Shown: one piece after another, positions 45,325 through 58,540 of the stretch
How positions within the stretch are numbered: position 1 is the first letter of the stretch
Layout of the letters: the number at the start of each line of letters is the position of its first letter
From: Takakia lepidozioides
Taxonomy: Eukaryota > Plantae > Bryophyta
NCBI GenBank assembly: GCA_030704615.1
Contig: CM060732.1
Coordinates: 15,686,001 to 15,750,000, forward strand
Length of the DNA stretch: 64,000 bases
Reading direction: 5' to 3'
Notes under the pieces: model-generated
Told to the model about the DNA's origin: nothing
The model's database searches: none
What the model saw: only the letters and a program-made list of their open reading frames with translations
Translations under genes and position numbers: made by a program

Positions 45325-45565
45325 CTGCTGCAATTGCAGGGTTTATTTCCCATGGCTTAGGACGAATGCAGGGCAAGATTAAGCTGTCGTCAACGACAGC
45401 TTAAACTGTTGTAGTTCTAGGGTGTTTTTCCCATGGTTTAGGTTGAATGCAGGGCAAGATTAAGTTGTCGTCAACGACAGCTTAATCTTCTGCAATTGTA
45501 GGGTCTATTTCCCATGGCTTAGGACAAATGCAAGGCAAGATTAAGCTGTCGTCAACAATAGCTTA
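45325..45565. repeat. Three ~80-bp tandem units, each with the palindrome TTAAGCTGTCGT-CA-ACGACAGCTTAA
   Basis: Copies at 45379-45404, ~45456-45489 and ~45540-45565. Confidence 0.88.
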
Positions 45566-45633
45566 TAAATCTTCATTCTCCCGAGCCTTCCTAGGTTCAC
45601 CATTACTCGGAAAGGTGCCAGATTAAGGTGGCG

Positions 45634-47344
45634 TCAATGACACCTCAATCTACCTCCATTGTGTTGCAAGAAACATGGGTTCTCCTTGGCCAAGTGCTCC
45701 AGAGCATAAGAAAACCAAGAACGGAGTTTTGGATCCCTTTGAAGCATGACCCTCACATCATATAGATACGTGTGGTCTGGAACTGAAGGTAGCTTCCAAT
45801 GGACCCCACTGGAATAAGTCTGGAACCTCATCTGCATCTTCTGCTGCTCAGTGTGGTAGCGTAAAACAAAGCAAGCAGCATAGTACATCCCACAGACCAG
45901 ATTAGGTACCTCCTTGGTTTTGGTGTAAATGAATCCATGAACGATCTGGAAGGCAATTAATTCCTTCAGCATGGTTCCTGCCTCAGACCAGTACCGTGCA
46001 AAATGGTGATCTTCAATGGGTCTGTCAGTTGGAAGAACCTTAGTCCGAGTTGCCACTGACAACCAAATGCACATGATCTGGTAATAATGTGCCAAAGACT
46101 CCGGAGGACTGAATTCTTTCCAAGCCACATCCATAACAATGGGAATTTGGTTGAAGGGAAGAACCATAGCTCTACTGTATTCAAGAGCAATAGCAGTAGT
46201 AGGTGGGTTAAAAGAAGCATCACCCCAAACCTCAGGCACTGATTGCTGTTGTGTCATGGTATCAACACTGACGATCTGAAGTGGCTGCTGTGATGTTGCC
46301 ATAGTCCCTCCTGATGTTGGCAAGGCCGATACTTCCTGTGCTGAAGACTGAAAAATCAAAGTCATTGCCTGCAAGTAAGTAGCCAAGAGCTGTTCCTCTG
46401 GAACAAAGGCCCTCTTCTCAATGTTGAAACTCAACTCATCCACTTGAGTCTGAAGCCCTTCCACATCCTCCTGCAACTCGGCTATTTGACTATAGACATT
46501 GTCTATAGTGGTTGTGGCAATGTTCTGCACCCGTAGCCTGAGATCATTCATCTTGTCTTGACTTAGTTTCCTAGGTGCTTTCCCTTCCTGATTAAGTTCT
46601 CCTTCTCAAGCTGTAGAACAACTTTAGAGTCTTCCAAATCTTGCTGCAACTTGAGGTTGGCCTCCACATCCACCTTGTTTGCACACTCAGTGACAATTCT
46701 TGCCTCAAACTCTTGTTTGAGCTCCTCCCGCAATGCTGCCAACTGAGTGGAAGGAACTTGAGTCTTGAAATAGATGCTCAACAGGTTAAGAGTCCTGCTT
46801 ATGGAACCCATAACCATGGCCTGCTGTGGGTCTTCATGGAAAACCTGCTGTTGTTCTTCAACAATTTGGTGTTTCACAAACCAATCAGGCCATGTTCCCA
46901 CAAGATCTTGTACCTGATCAACCTCATTTACCACAGGTGTTGCAGTACCCTTGCTCTGTACCGCTTCCACCTCTAGCATAAGTTTGGGCATAACGTGCAC
47001 ATCAGGGATATCTTTGGGCAGACTTGGTATCTTTGGTACCATTGAGTCTCCGACCATACCAGAGTTTTCATAGAGAAGATCACCCTTCTCAATTTCTGCC
47101 ACTACTTGCTCCGTAGTAGGGATGTCCACTCCCTCTCCCTCTGAAGTAAAAGGCTCTGGTGTAATAGCAAGACCAGTCTGAGTTACCTCTGGGGTAACTT
47201 GGTCCGCTTGTTGTGTTGGCCGTGGTACTGAAGTGACTTCTTCCTCCCTCTCTACTGGCTGTGCTTCCAGTAATGCCAGCTCGTTGTGCTGCTACTGCAC
47301 CCCATCTTGTGCATAAGCTATAGAAACATCATTGTGAGAGGTCT
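45634..47344 (-). mobile_element. Older, inverted, deleted copy of the same gypsy family (accessory ORF region); continues at 63144-63415
   Basis: ORFs 45634-46551 and 46563-47129 are homologous to 59520-61560; the sequence is colinear across the TSD with 63144-63240. Confidence 0.88.
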
Positions 47345-48401
47345 TGTTAGAGGACTGTCTGGGACTTAGACACTTAAACGGGATCTGTAGGGTACCCTTA
47401 ATTTTTGCACAGATTGAGACCAACAGGAGCCTTAGGGGTGACAGCAGCGCACTGTAGAGGGGGGTTACACAGCCCGTCACAGTCATCACAGCCGACACAG
47501 CCAACACATCCCGTCACAGTAGTCACAACCGACACAGCCAACACAGCCCGTCACAGTCATCACAGCCGACACAGCCAACACAGCCCGTTACAGTCGTCAC
47601 AGCAGACACAGCCAACACAGCCCGTCACAGTCGTCACAGCCGACACAGCCAAACACAGTCGCACAGCCAGTCACAGCCCGTCACAGTTTCACACAGCCAG
47701 TCACAGCTTGACACAGCTGTCACGATCATAGGGAACGGAGAGCAGGACAGGGAACGACTGTGGGGAACAACACCTGCGAAGGGAACATGTTAGTTCACAG
47801 ACGACGGTTATTGAGGGAAACGGTAAGAAACAACGGGTAGGAAGATAAAGGGAGAAGCGGGGAATTTTGGGGGAGATCATTCAGTGGAGGACCAATGGGT
47901 AAAAAACACATGCTGGGATAGATTGAAACAAAAAGCCGGCAGAGGAAGGTACTTGGAGGAGAGGGGATCGGGCAGAGATGAAGAACGGAAGTGAAGATAG
48001 AGAGATGATGAGTAGATGCTTGTTATATGCAAGGCTGTAATGATATTGTAGAGCAGATTAGAGACACAATGGCTTCGGCCTGATACCTGATAAATCATAA
48101 TCGGATACTTTTACGATACAATCACACTGTAGAGAGAGATCTGAGTGAAGCTGTGGTATGAATGGATGAGTTGATGGAATCCAATAGATTGATAAAGCAA
48201 ACTGATACTTAATTATCAATGGTAAGATAGCTAACATGAATGCCAAAAGGGAAACAAATAGGAAACACCCCCATGATACACTAGCTGTAGGTCATGACTG
48301 ATTGTTCTGCGCGGGCTGAGTACTTAGAGATTTCCAACTCTTCTATCTTGGAGTTTCCGCCTCGAATAGCGAAGGGATGGGTGAGTAAATGCCGCGCGAC
48401 A
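47345..48401 (+). repeat. 5' LTR with internal CACAG-based tandem array
   Basis: Direct repeat of 62124-63143; CACAGCCGACACAGCCAACACAGCCCGT array at 47467-47720. Confidence 0.92.
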
Positions 48402-48422
48402 TTTGGCGACCATACTGGGGAC

Positions 48423-49013
48423 CTGAGTCATGAACAACCAGATGTGACAGGCATCTGGTGGGATCATGGTGGTTGGACCATTAAAGAATTTGAAGTGAAT
48501 CAAATTCCCTGTGGAACGAAGGAAGAAAGATTGTCCAAACAATTCTTTCAAAGGTTCTTGGAATTGCCAGACGGTTGTAAAGAAAATATTCTTAAGCGAG
48601 TGCATGATGCTGATCCGGAATGGGGTCTGGAGAAAGGAGTGATAAAGATTTATCAGGTAGCCTGTAGAGGAAGAGCACGTTGGTTACCAACATTGGTTTA
48701 TGTGATAGCATTGCTATCCATTAAGCGAGTAGAGTTTGAAGGCTGGGAAGAAAGAAAGGTGAATGTTTATACTCATATGCATGAAGAGCTTGTACTGGTA
48801 AAGAATTGGATTCCAAAGGATATTTTGTGGATCAAACTCACACCAAGAACAGCTTTTCAGACTTGTTTGCCATATGGTTATATGGTAACGGAGACTTCAA
48901 GTATAGCCAAGGGTGCATTGAAGCTTGAAAGAAACCCAGGCATATACGAGAGATATTACAAAGAGAGTTTTGGTTATTGCCACATTAAAAGAAATGAAAG
49001 ACATGGGACATGA
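48423..49013 (+). CDS. Extra ORF upstream of gag, unknown function
   Basis: About 195 stop-free codons after the PBS (part of ORF 48294-49013); its stop overlaps the gag ATG (ATGA). Confidence 0.5.
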   Translation: MSHEQPDVTGIWWDHGGWTIKEFEVNQIPCGTKEERLSKQFFQRFLELPDGCKENILKRVHDADPEWGLEKGVIKIYQVACRGRARWLPTLVYVIALLSIKRVEFEGWEERKVNVYTHMHEELVLVKNWIPKDILWIKLTPRTAFQTCLPYGYMVTETSSIAKGALKLERNPGIYERYYKESFGYCHIKRNERHGT

Positions 49014-51905
49014 GTGATGAAAGAGAAGCTAGACGCCAGAGATATTCAGCAAAAAGAGAAAGCTATCTGAAAGCTAATTATCCATATCTTTGGGAGAGAG
49101 GAATAGACATAGGGGAATCATCTGGACCTCTCACACCATTAAGATCAAAGAGTACATCACCTATACCGGAAGAACTAGAGTTGGATGCCACTCCTTCTGT
49201 TTCTTTGCAAGAAAGATTAAGGGAATTGGTACAGGAAGAAGATCAATCACGAGGTGAAAGATCTGAGGTACATCCTTGGATAAAAGATTTGACAGAAATC
49301 TTTGATAAGAGTTGGCATGGAACACCAAAAGCAGGAACTCCAGTTTCTGAAGCAAAAGGTGAAGAAGGAGAAGAGGATGTGGCAGAGCCAACGGAGAGTT
49401 CAGACTCTCCAACACCATTACAGTTGAGTTACATGAGTGAAGAAGAAACCCAAGGGCAGAACTTGGAGGATGAAAACAGACAGAAGAAATTGGAAGAGGA
49501 AGAATATGAAGAAGTAGACCCAACAGCTGAGGTTGAGACTACAACCAGGACATCCCAACCCGTTGGACCTGGATCAAGTGGAGCACTTGGATCACAGGCC
49601 AACGAAGGTGTCGGCTCAGGGGGATCAGGCGGGCGGCCTGGATCTGGCTCTGGGGGGACAGGGAGTGTGGGAAGTAGTGCAACTGAAGCTGGGAATACTG
49701 TGAATATAGTGGGGCTAGAAGCAGGGAGTGCTCAAGGGCCACCACTTGGTGGAAGATCCACCACAAAAACAACAGGTCCAGAAGGACCAGCACCAGTAAG
49801 GGTGCCAGCACCTGTCAGTGGGCAGAAGGTAGGGCCACAGATGGCGTTACAACCAACACGGGCAAAACCACCCTTTCCAATATATTCAGGAAAAGGGGAT
49901 CCCGATGTACACATTAGCCAATTTGAGCACATGTGTATAGTGAACAATGAGAATGGCGATGATGCCAAGATGAGACTGTTTCCTTGTTCACTTATCAAGA
50001 AAGGAAGTGAATGGTATGCAAGATTCCCTGATAATCATTTCCTAACCTGGAATGGCTTGAATACAACATTTCGAAATAGGTTCAGGACAAGTAAAACTGA
50101 GGATGAAGTGTATGGAAGTTTACAACAGCTGAAGCAGAAGAATCATGAAACTGTTGAAGAGTATATGGAGAAGATGGAATTGATGATGAAAAAGCTGGCT
50201 GCAGTACCAGCACCCGGTTTACATAAGACTTGGTTTGTGAGTGGACTAAGACCAGAGTTGCAAAAGAAAGTGGATATGTTACCCCATAATACAGTGGAGG
50301 AGGCATTTGAAACTGCAAACAGAATTGAGCAAGTGGGAATGCTCAGGAGAGAGAAAAGAGATGATGAGGACTCTGAGGATGAGTCAGATGAAGAAGAAGA
50401 GCAAGAACTAAAAAGGAAGAGTAAGAGAAAGGAGAAGTTGAAGAGGGATAACTATGAAAAAAAATTGGAAGAAATCTTGAAGAAGTATGCCACAGAGGCT
50501 GCAACACATAGGAGGAAGGGTGTATGGTGTGCAAAGTGCCAGAAAGAAGGCCATACCACCACATAATGCCACATGAAGGAGAAACACTGTACTATCTGTA
50601 AAATGGATAACCATTCTACTGAGAATTGTTACTACAACAGAAGGACAGCTGCAAGAGAACCTAGGCAAGTAAGGGTGCATCAGGTGCAGCCCCAGCCAAG
50701 AAGAAACAATGATCAGGACCACTATGGTAGGTCTGGTGGTTATAACAATGGCATGGAAGGGAGAGGTAATTCAAGAGGGAATTACCAAGGAAATTCCAGA
50801 GGCAACTATCAGGGTAATCCAAGGGGGAATTACCAGCCCGGGAATCAGGATTATAGAAATAATCCAAGAACAGACCAAGGGCGAGGACCCAATGGTGAAG
50901 AGCTATGTTACTATTGTAATCAGCCAGGACATCGCAAGGCAGCCTGTTCATTCTGGATAAGACACCAGAATGAGATGAGAGCTCCTGTGAATGAGGGCCC
51001 AGTGGTGGCAGCTCACATGGTTAGGCCATGTGTTGTACCAGAAGTAAGTACAATGATAGTAACAAGAAGTAAAGCCAAACTAATACCTCCAGTAGAAGAG
51101 GAAGAAGATGATAATGGAAGTGGCAATGATATGCCTGAAGATGAAGAGACTTGGAAAGATGAGAAGGAACTGCACAAGGAAGTGGCAGATACTATAAGGG
51201 AAATGCAAAAGAGTACTGATATTCCTGTGGCAGATTCCTCTGATTATGATGGAGAAAAAGAAGGGAGTGAGGAAGAAAGGAAGAAAGAAGATGCAGACAT
51301 GCAAAGTAATGAAGAGACTTTGGCTGAAGTAATATGCCAGACCAAAGCAGAAATTACCATTGGACAGCTATTAGCTGTGGCACCTTATTGTAGGCACAGG
51401 CTGTATCAAGCAATCAATCGAATTGCCCAAGAGACAGGAAACACAGACCTGAACAGCAAGGTGACCAGTTATAATGTGAAGCCGGAAGGGCGAGAAACAG
51501 TCATGGACTTTGATGATTCTATGCCAGTAATCCAATTGAGAATTGGAAGCACAGAACTAACTGATGTACTGATAGATGGAGGTTCTGGAGTAAATATCAT
51601 GACAGACCAATTAAGGAAGAAGCTTGGTCTAAGTAACATGAAACCACCCCATTTACAGTAACAATGGCAGATCAAAGAAGTGTACAACCATTGGGATTAA
51701 TAAGAGGAGTTAAGATACAGATACAGAAGATGATCTTTATGATCACAGTAACTGTATTGAAGATGGATGAAGTCATGGAGGCTTACTCCTTATTATTGGG
51801 ACGTCCGTGGCTGAAACAGGCCAGGGTATTCCATGACTGGAATTCTCAGTTACTAACCGTGCATAATGGGATACACGAGATACAAATTACCACAAAGAAA
51901 TCTAG
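49010..51905 (+). pseudogene. gag-protease of the gypsy element
   Basis: Retrotransposon gag core (YSGKGDPDVHI...LFPCSL...W...LKQKNHETVEEY), zinc knuckles, aspartic protease; stop at 50564 and frameshift ~51655. Confidence 0.9.
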
Positions 51906-52746
51906 GAGGTTTACTATTTCATGAGCAGAAACCATGAGCCATGAGCCGCATGAGCCGCATGAGCGGTGAGCCGAAGTCTAAGATACGCGGATTTCATGAG
52001 CGGACTCCTCCAAATTTGGAAATGCAGCAGATTAAACAAGTATTAAAATAATAGTTTTTTTATTTGACCTTGCCGTTTTTGGACGTTCCAGATCATGTAA
52101 TGCGGCGAAGATATGTCGTCAGTAACAAGTCCGCTCATGGTTTTATAGATCCGCTCATGGAAATAAGTGACCGTGCAACGGGAAATCCAGTATACCACTG
52201 CAAAAGGACGTCGCATACTGGCATGTATAGAGTATTCCGCGGTTTTACATGCCTTAACATTGGAATGAAGCTGACCCTTTTGCCGCGATTGAACCAAGTC
52301 TGCACCAATACAGTTTGCAGTACTTCACAATTCTGTCTTCTTCGGGTATTCGGCGGGAAAGGTTTGCAACTGAACTGGGAAATAAGGTGCCGCATTAGGG
52401 TTCGCACGTGCGAAATTTCGGAGCGGTTTGGTGTTGGCGAAGGCCGCCTCTACCAGTACCTACGACGATACTTGGAAATGCGGCGCCGCATTTCCTTGTC
52501 GGAGGTCGAATGAGGAAAGCAAGTTTTCGGAAAGCAGAAAAACATGAACCCTCCAACATACAAAAATACATGCACGTGGAAACAAGTGAACGATATAGTA
52601 ATATCTTAGTTCGAGCAAAACAGGTTACTGGTAGGCAAGACATATGTCGGACCTTTCTGTGGCCAGAGTCTGAGGTACTGGCAGCAGTACAGTTCTACTA
52701 TCCGAAAAGGATGGGCGTACCATTGTATGGGGACCGCAAGCCAAGC

Positions 52747-55470
52747 TCACTGGTCCCCTGGATCCATATTCAGAAGAGTGTGAACCTCCTGGGGGCTCAA
52801 CCCTGGTGCATGTATGAAGTGATGAGTTGTGGAATTACAACGGAGTCTCTTTAGGTACACGTAGTACAAATGCTTGCAAGGGCAGTATGATGCCCCCTTG
52901 TTCGCCATGATCTGGAAGTCGGTGCAATTGCAGGTGGGTAATTCTGAAATGGTGATGGTATACACCTCATTGCGAACAGCTGAGCCCGCCGTGGCCATCT
53001 GATACACACGCCCGAATCCTGGTGGGGGCACTTCTGTCGAGCTCTGGATTGTACAGTTCATCCGAAGTGCATTCCCCATCCTTGTCTCGTTCACTTTTGA
53101 GGGAGGTCGCCGCCTCTTCGGTTTCCCCCAACGGTGTGTAGGATGCTTAGAGCTGTCGTGTCCCATTGTTCTTGCTCTCACAGGGGTCGGTGGTGGAGGC
53201 TGTGGAAGCGGAAATGGTTCTCTGGGGACGTCAGTGCGCTGCACCATCCGAAATCCTGCGGCGGTAAGGGCGTCGGCCTCAACCTGACTCAGATCGCAGC
53301 CTGGTTCCACCGGCCACACCGGGGGAGCCTCTGGCATTATTTGTATGCCGTACTTGGGCTTTCCATACACGCAAGTCATAATGTCGTGTTTGCAGAACCA
53401 GAACTGGGTGGTTGTCGCCTCCGCAAACTTTGCATGGACAAATCTTCCTGTAAAAGTAGGAGCAGGGACAGCCCCATCTGGATTCCTCCTTATCATCTCT
53501 AAACAACGTTGCCGTGTATCCACACGAATTGCGGAACACCTTCCTCGAAACGACGGCTTTGTGCGAGCAATTCTCCACTGTGAGGCAGACACAGTCGTCT
53601 CCACAATGGCTTGGCCATACTGCATAACAGCAAGCGGAATCTGGGGCAAGGGAGCGGTGGGAATTTTTTGCACGAAATCCCCGGTTGAAGGCGACGGCGA
53701 TCTGGAATTTCTTGGGCTTCCACTGCTGGAAGACACATTGTGCGGCAACATGACGGGACCTCGAGGTGCTGTCCGAATGTTCCTGTCGGATCTCCAGGAA
53801 TCCTCTTTGCACCCGGGTTCCTCTTCAATCCTCTGCCTGACAGGGCGAGTCCGGACGTCCCCCTCTAGGTGTTCACCTCTGCGGTGCAGAGGCGTCCCTT
53901 TGATCTTCTCTCGCAATGCTGTCGCCCATTTCAGTGGATTCTTGGACCTCGAAGCTGTTCGTACCAACAATTCCTCCCTGTCCGGCCCAAAGCCCCATTG
54001 TTTGCCGCTCAGGAACTTGTAGTACGTGGCTTGCTGCATGATTGCTCTGTCGATGTCCTCCGTTGTGGCCGTCACTACGTCCACCAGATGTGCGGCAGAA
54101 GACGCTCGCCAGGAGGAGTGGACCGATTCTGCCATATTCGTGTTCGGCATGTCCGTGTTGGAATCCAAGCACCGCTCCTAGAAGGACACAAACAATGGTG
54201 AGGGACCAATCGAAATGTCCGTAACAGAAAGACAAATGAACGAACTTGATAGCAGCCTACCTCCCGCATGTACTGTCCGAACTGTCGATACCGAAAATGC
54301 CACCACCCCAACCAGCTGTGCAATGCTCCCAGATTGGTTGTCTCCACTGCACCTGACGTGTTCCACCAAGCCTCGATGATAGCAAACTTAACCTCCGCGT
54401 CATCAAATGTGGGTGCATCCTTCCACGCCGTACAAAGGACACGGTGTTCAGCGTGGAATGAGCTAGCAACAAATTTGGTAGTGTAGTGGGATAGACTCTG
54501 CATCCAATGGAATCCACAGGATCTCTCTTTCCCCTCCATTGGAACATTGGGGTCCTCACCGTACACACGCCGCACCGCTGCCCAGTTGGCCTGAGCGTTG
54601 TCTGCCATGAATCCCCCGAAATTGGGCTCTGGCAATCCCGCCCTTGCCATCTGCTCGTTTATGCCCTCCCACAGATGCATCTCGGACTGTGTGTCCTCCC
54701 CTTTCATCTCGCAGATTGCAATCGTCATGAGCCTCTTGGAGTGATAGTCATAAACATGCGCACCCATAGTCACCCACTGATGGTTTGTAATTCGCTTGAT
54801 GTGATCAAACATCACCCAAGCATTCGACAAGTTTCCAGTTGTCATGCGAGTGACCAAGTCGACTCCACTCCCAGGCCCACACGTCGACATTTTGAAAATG
54901 TAACAACGATCGGATTCGCTGCCTTGCCCTGGAAACCTGCTACCTTGGATGTAGTCATATCCAGTAATTCGTTTCATCTCCAGGATTGAGTACATGTCCG
55001 ACCCCCTGCCGAACTCCTGCTTGCAAGATACGATGTGATTCCGCACATTCGGACTACAAACATGCAAGACGGACTCCAAGAGGTCACGCATCTCGTCTTT
55101 GGTCAAGGGCTCTCGGTCGGAACCATCTTCAGACATGATTTTACCAAGAGCAATCTTGTGGGCTGCCTTCAGCTGAATCTGCTTTGGTCTGGCTCCGGGG
55201 CTCAATTTCACCTCCTCTTTTATGATGTCGTGTGCTTCCTGCACAGCCTCACGCATGTTGCCTCTCGCCAAGGGGTGGCAGTGGACCCCAACATGTATGC
55301 AAGCTCTAGTCAAGTCCGGGAGCAAATGGATTACGTAATATTGCTTGGCTCTGCACATGGACATGCACGTCGGTGGTTCTTTGCAATGTGCACACTTGAA
55401 AGAACCCGCAGGAGCTTGGCTGGAGACAATGAATGGATGATGCGTTGTGCCAGTCCAATCCGTCTCGTCA
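52747..55470 (-). CDS. MULE DDE transposase with C-terminal SWIM finger (5' end missing); exons 55470-54261 and 54177-52747
   Basis: FDH (D), FMADN (D), CGFH (CxxH), NTNMAES (E); SWIM CNCTDF...CPCKH; 83-bp GT-AG intron 54260-54178 joins the frames. Confidence 0.9.
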
Positions 55471-55483
55471 AACTATAACTTGT

Positions 55484-56256
55484 TGATGAGAAAGATGTAT
55501 GGGTTCATCCACCGCCGGCGTGATGAACACGTTCCACCTCCGTCGGTGGGTACGTGGGACCCAGATGCTCCATTATTGGAGGCCGGACTGCTCTTCCGCT
55601 TCGCATCATTTCCAAAATCTAAGGGCTTCGTAGCTGTCCGCAAGGTCATTGTCATCTGCATCCAAGTCGTCCTCAGGTCCTCCTTTGCAAGGATGCCGTG
55701 CTTCCGGAACCGGGACGACTGCCCATTTGGAGGCATCGATTATGCAATGTATTCGGCCACATCGGGAGACATTGTTATCTGGTACACAGATTACACAGAA
55801 GATACTGGTTCGATTGTGGAAACATTGGTGGCTTTTGAGTATATCCTAGGCCACTACGCCTTCGAGCGGGGTGACGATCTTGGTCTGAGGAGTCCGTGGC
55901 TCCTGCGCATCCTCGATTCCGATTTTCCCAGCTACGACGGTCACCCATGCAGAAGAAGGCGCACTGCTATGCTGTTGCGGTGGAACTGCTGCCACTGGAC
56001 GTGGGTGGACTCCATCGGAGAGACCTATTCTCCTGAAGGAGTGCGCTCCTCTTCTCCATTGTATGGGGACATTCGCATTGGTGTGGACGACGAAAACGTG
56101 AAGATTTCCATATTCGATGGTGGTATGATTGAAGGGCAGGACATTGTGGTGAACATCACTAGGGGCGGTACAACGGCTGCAATCGACTTTACATGGAGGA
56201 GCCCCATGACTCATGAGCTAGTTCTGAGAGCAGTCAAAGTCCCATTGACAACGTGA
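55484..56256 (+). CDS. MULE cargo ORF of unknown function
   Basis: About 255-aa open frame; a diverged homolog at 63700-64000 keeps the frame (RMPC.RN..DCP..G.DYAM....SGDI..W...EY..G.Y.FERG...PW.L.I.D.D.P). Confidence 0.65.
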
Positions 56257-56728
56257 CTTGTATTCAGTAGGCACAGGGCTAAAGATTTGATTGCACAATC
56301 AGCACAGTAGACGTGCTTCAAATGCAATTCATGTGGATCAATAAAAACCTCATTGTGCCCTCTTTTTATTCTATTCTGTGTCCATCGTTCCCAGAATGCG
56401 TCATTGCTCATTTCGTTTGGGATTGGGAGTGTGGGTGGATTTTGCAAGTGGCTGGTAGGCTGAAATGGGCCCCCATTGTACAGAGCAGTACCACCCTACC
56501 ATTCGCGAAACATTGCCTTTCAATATATAATTCTAAATAACATTGCCGAACCTCCTTCATCGGGAGGTCCTTCTCCCCCTATGACCGTGGCACCCTAAAC
56601 CCTATTCCCGCGGACACTCATTTCCGGAAAATAGTGCTGCTCATGTTTTTTTCCACACTTACAACTCTGCTCATGGCTCATGCCGCTCATGGCTCATGGC
56701 TCATGAAATAGCAGCCCCCGAAATCTAG

Positions 56729-58395
56729 TAGATTACCTGCTACAAGAAGACCTCGAGGAGTCAGAGAGTATGACTGGAAAGGAGGACTGGATGAGGAGCA
56801 GGAAGCTACCCTATTTGCTGCACACCCAGAGTGGGAGCAGGTTGCAGAGATGCGGCTGGAAAGACTAAGTTGTTTGAGAGGTATCTGCTGTGGTGTAGTG
56901 ACAGCAACACCAACTGAAGAGGAAACCAGCATTTACCCATCACATTTCTATGAAGAAAAAGAAGGAGAAATAGAAATCCTAGAAGAACCAGCCACTGTGA
57001 GCTTACAGGATGAAGTGGTGACTAGTTGGACAATCACAGCTGATGAGCAGGTGAGGGAAGTGAATGTGGGAACTAAAGAGGAACCGAGGATGGTGAAAGT
57101 AGGAACTGATTTGGAGCCGGAATTCTTCGAAGAAGCTAAAAGCTTGTTCATCAAATACAGAGATGTATTTGCTTGGAGCTATGAGGATCTAAAAGGGATA
57201 CCACCTGAAGTCTGTCAGCATAAGATTGAACTGGAACCAGGGTCAGTACCAATCAAGCAGGCGAGGTACAGAATGAATCCCAACTACGCACAGAAGGTTG
57301 GAGAAGAGATAAAGAAGTTGGCTGAGGCTAAGTTTATATACCCAATAGAGTATACAACTTGGTTGTCACCCATTGTTATAGTTCCCAAGAAGAATGGCAA
57401 ACTAAGAGTATGTGTGAACTATAAGAAGCTGAATGCTTGTACAAAGAAAGATCCTTTCCCTTTGCCATTCACAGAAGCAGTATTAGACACTGTGGCAGGC
57501 CATGAGATGTACTCATTCATGGATGGCTTCAGTGGTTATAATCAAGTGCAAGTGGCAAAAGAAGACCAAGGGAAAACAGCTTTCATCACAGACTGGGGGC
57601 TTATGCATACAAAGTCATGCCATTTGGACTTTGTAATGCACCAGCGACCTTTCAGAGAGTGATAAGTGAATCTTTTCATGAGTATCTGGATGATTTCATG
57701 CAGGTATTCTTGGATGATTTCAGTGTGTACAGCTCTAAGAATGAGCACTTGCATAAATTGGAGTTATGTTTGGCCAGATGCAGGATGAGAGGTCTGGGCC
57801 TGAATCCAGAGAAGTGTACTTTCTGTGTGAACTCAGGGGTGCTTCTGGGACACATTGTGTGTAAGAAGGGACTCCTTGTGGATCCCAGAAAGACAGAGTC
57901 CATTAAAGCCTCTCCACCACCAGTGAATGTTAAAAGTCTACGGAGATTCCTTGGGCAAACCAGTTATTACAGGAGATTTGTCAAAAGGTATGCACAAATA
58001 GCAGCACCATTGAGCAAACTACTGAAGAAAGATGCAGTGTTTGCCTGGACAGCTGAATGTCAACAGGCGTTTGAGGAACTTACACTGTCAGTAACAGCTA
58101 CACCTGTGCTGATTAACCCTCACTGGCATGTAGTATTCCATGTTCACTGCGATGCACCAGGAGAAGCGTTGGGAGCGGTGTTAGCCCAGAATGTTACAGG
58201 GAATATAGATTCACCTGTGTACTATGCTAGCCGGTTGATGAACAGTGCTGAAAGGAACTATAGCACAACGGAAAGAGAAGCATTGGCAATGATCTATGCA
58301 GTGAAGAAATTCAGGCATTACCTGTTGGGCAAGAAGTTTATGTTCTATGTGGATCACCAGGCTCTGATATACCTGGTAAACAAACCTCTGATAAG
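56729..58395 (+). pseudogene. pol continuation: RT and RNase H
   Basis: WLSPIVIVPKKNGKLRVCV, MDGFSGYNQ, MPFGLCNAPATFQR, FLDDF, ERNYSTTEREALAM; frameshift ~57600. Confidence 0.92.
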
Positions 58396-58540
58396 CGGAG
58401 CTTTTCTCTTGAGCGATGCTTGCAAGCCCCGCAGGCTTATAAGAAATTACCCATAGCTTTCTGTGGCAACCATACGTTTATGCTTTGTGCACTACAGGCA
58501 TTCCTGCAGTTGTTACACCCAAAACAGTTCTGTGAGTCTA

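Larger units (their letters stand above)
51906..56719 (-). mobile_element. Mutator/MULE element C with both termini
   Basis: 9-bp TSD GAAATCTAG (51897-51905, 56720-56728); imperfect TIRs GAGGTTTACTATTTCATGAGC / GGGGGCTGCTATTTCATGAGC with CATGAGC subterminal repeats; removing it restores the pol frame (KKS|SRLPATRRPR). Confidence 0.95.

Noticed and set aside
47405-47731. Ser/Thr/Gln/His-rich ORFs (also 62184-62537)
   Set aside because: Products of the CACAG tandem array inside the LTRs.
47345-48236. Shorter LTR boundary TGTTAG...CTAACA
   Set aside because: Homology between the LTRs continues to GCGCGACA (48401/63143), where the PBS and TSD lie.
53345-54022. 225-aa plus-strand ORF and similar antisense ORFs
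   Set aside because: Shadow frames of the transposase or pol genes with no independent motif support.
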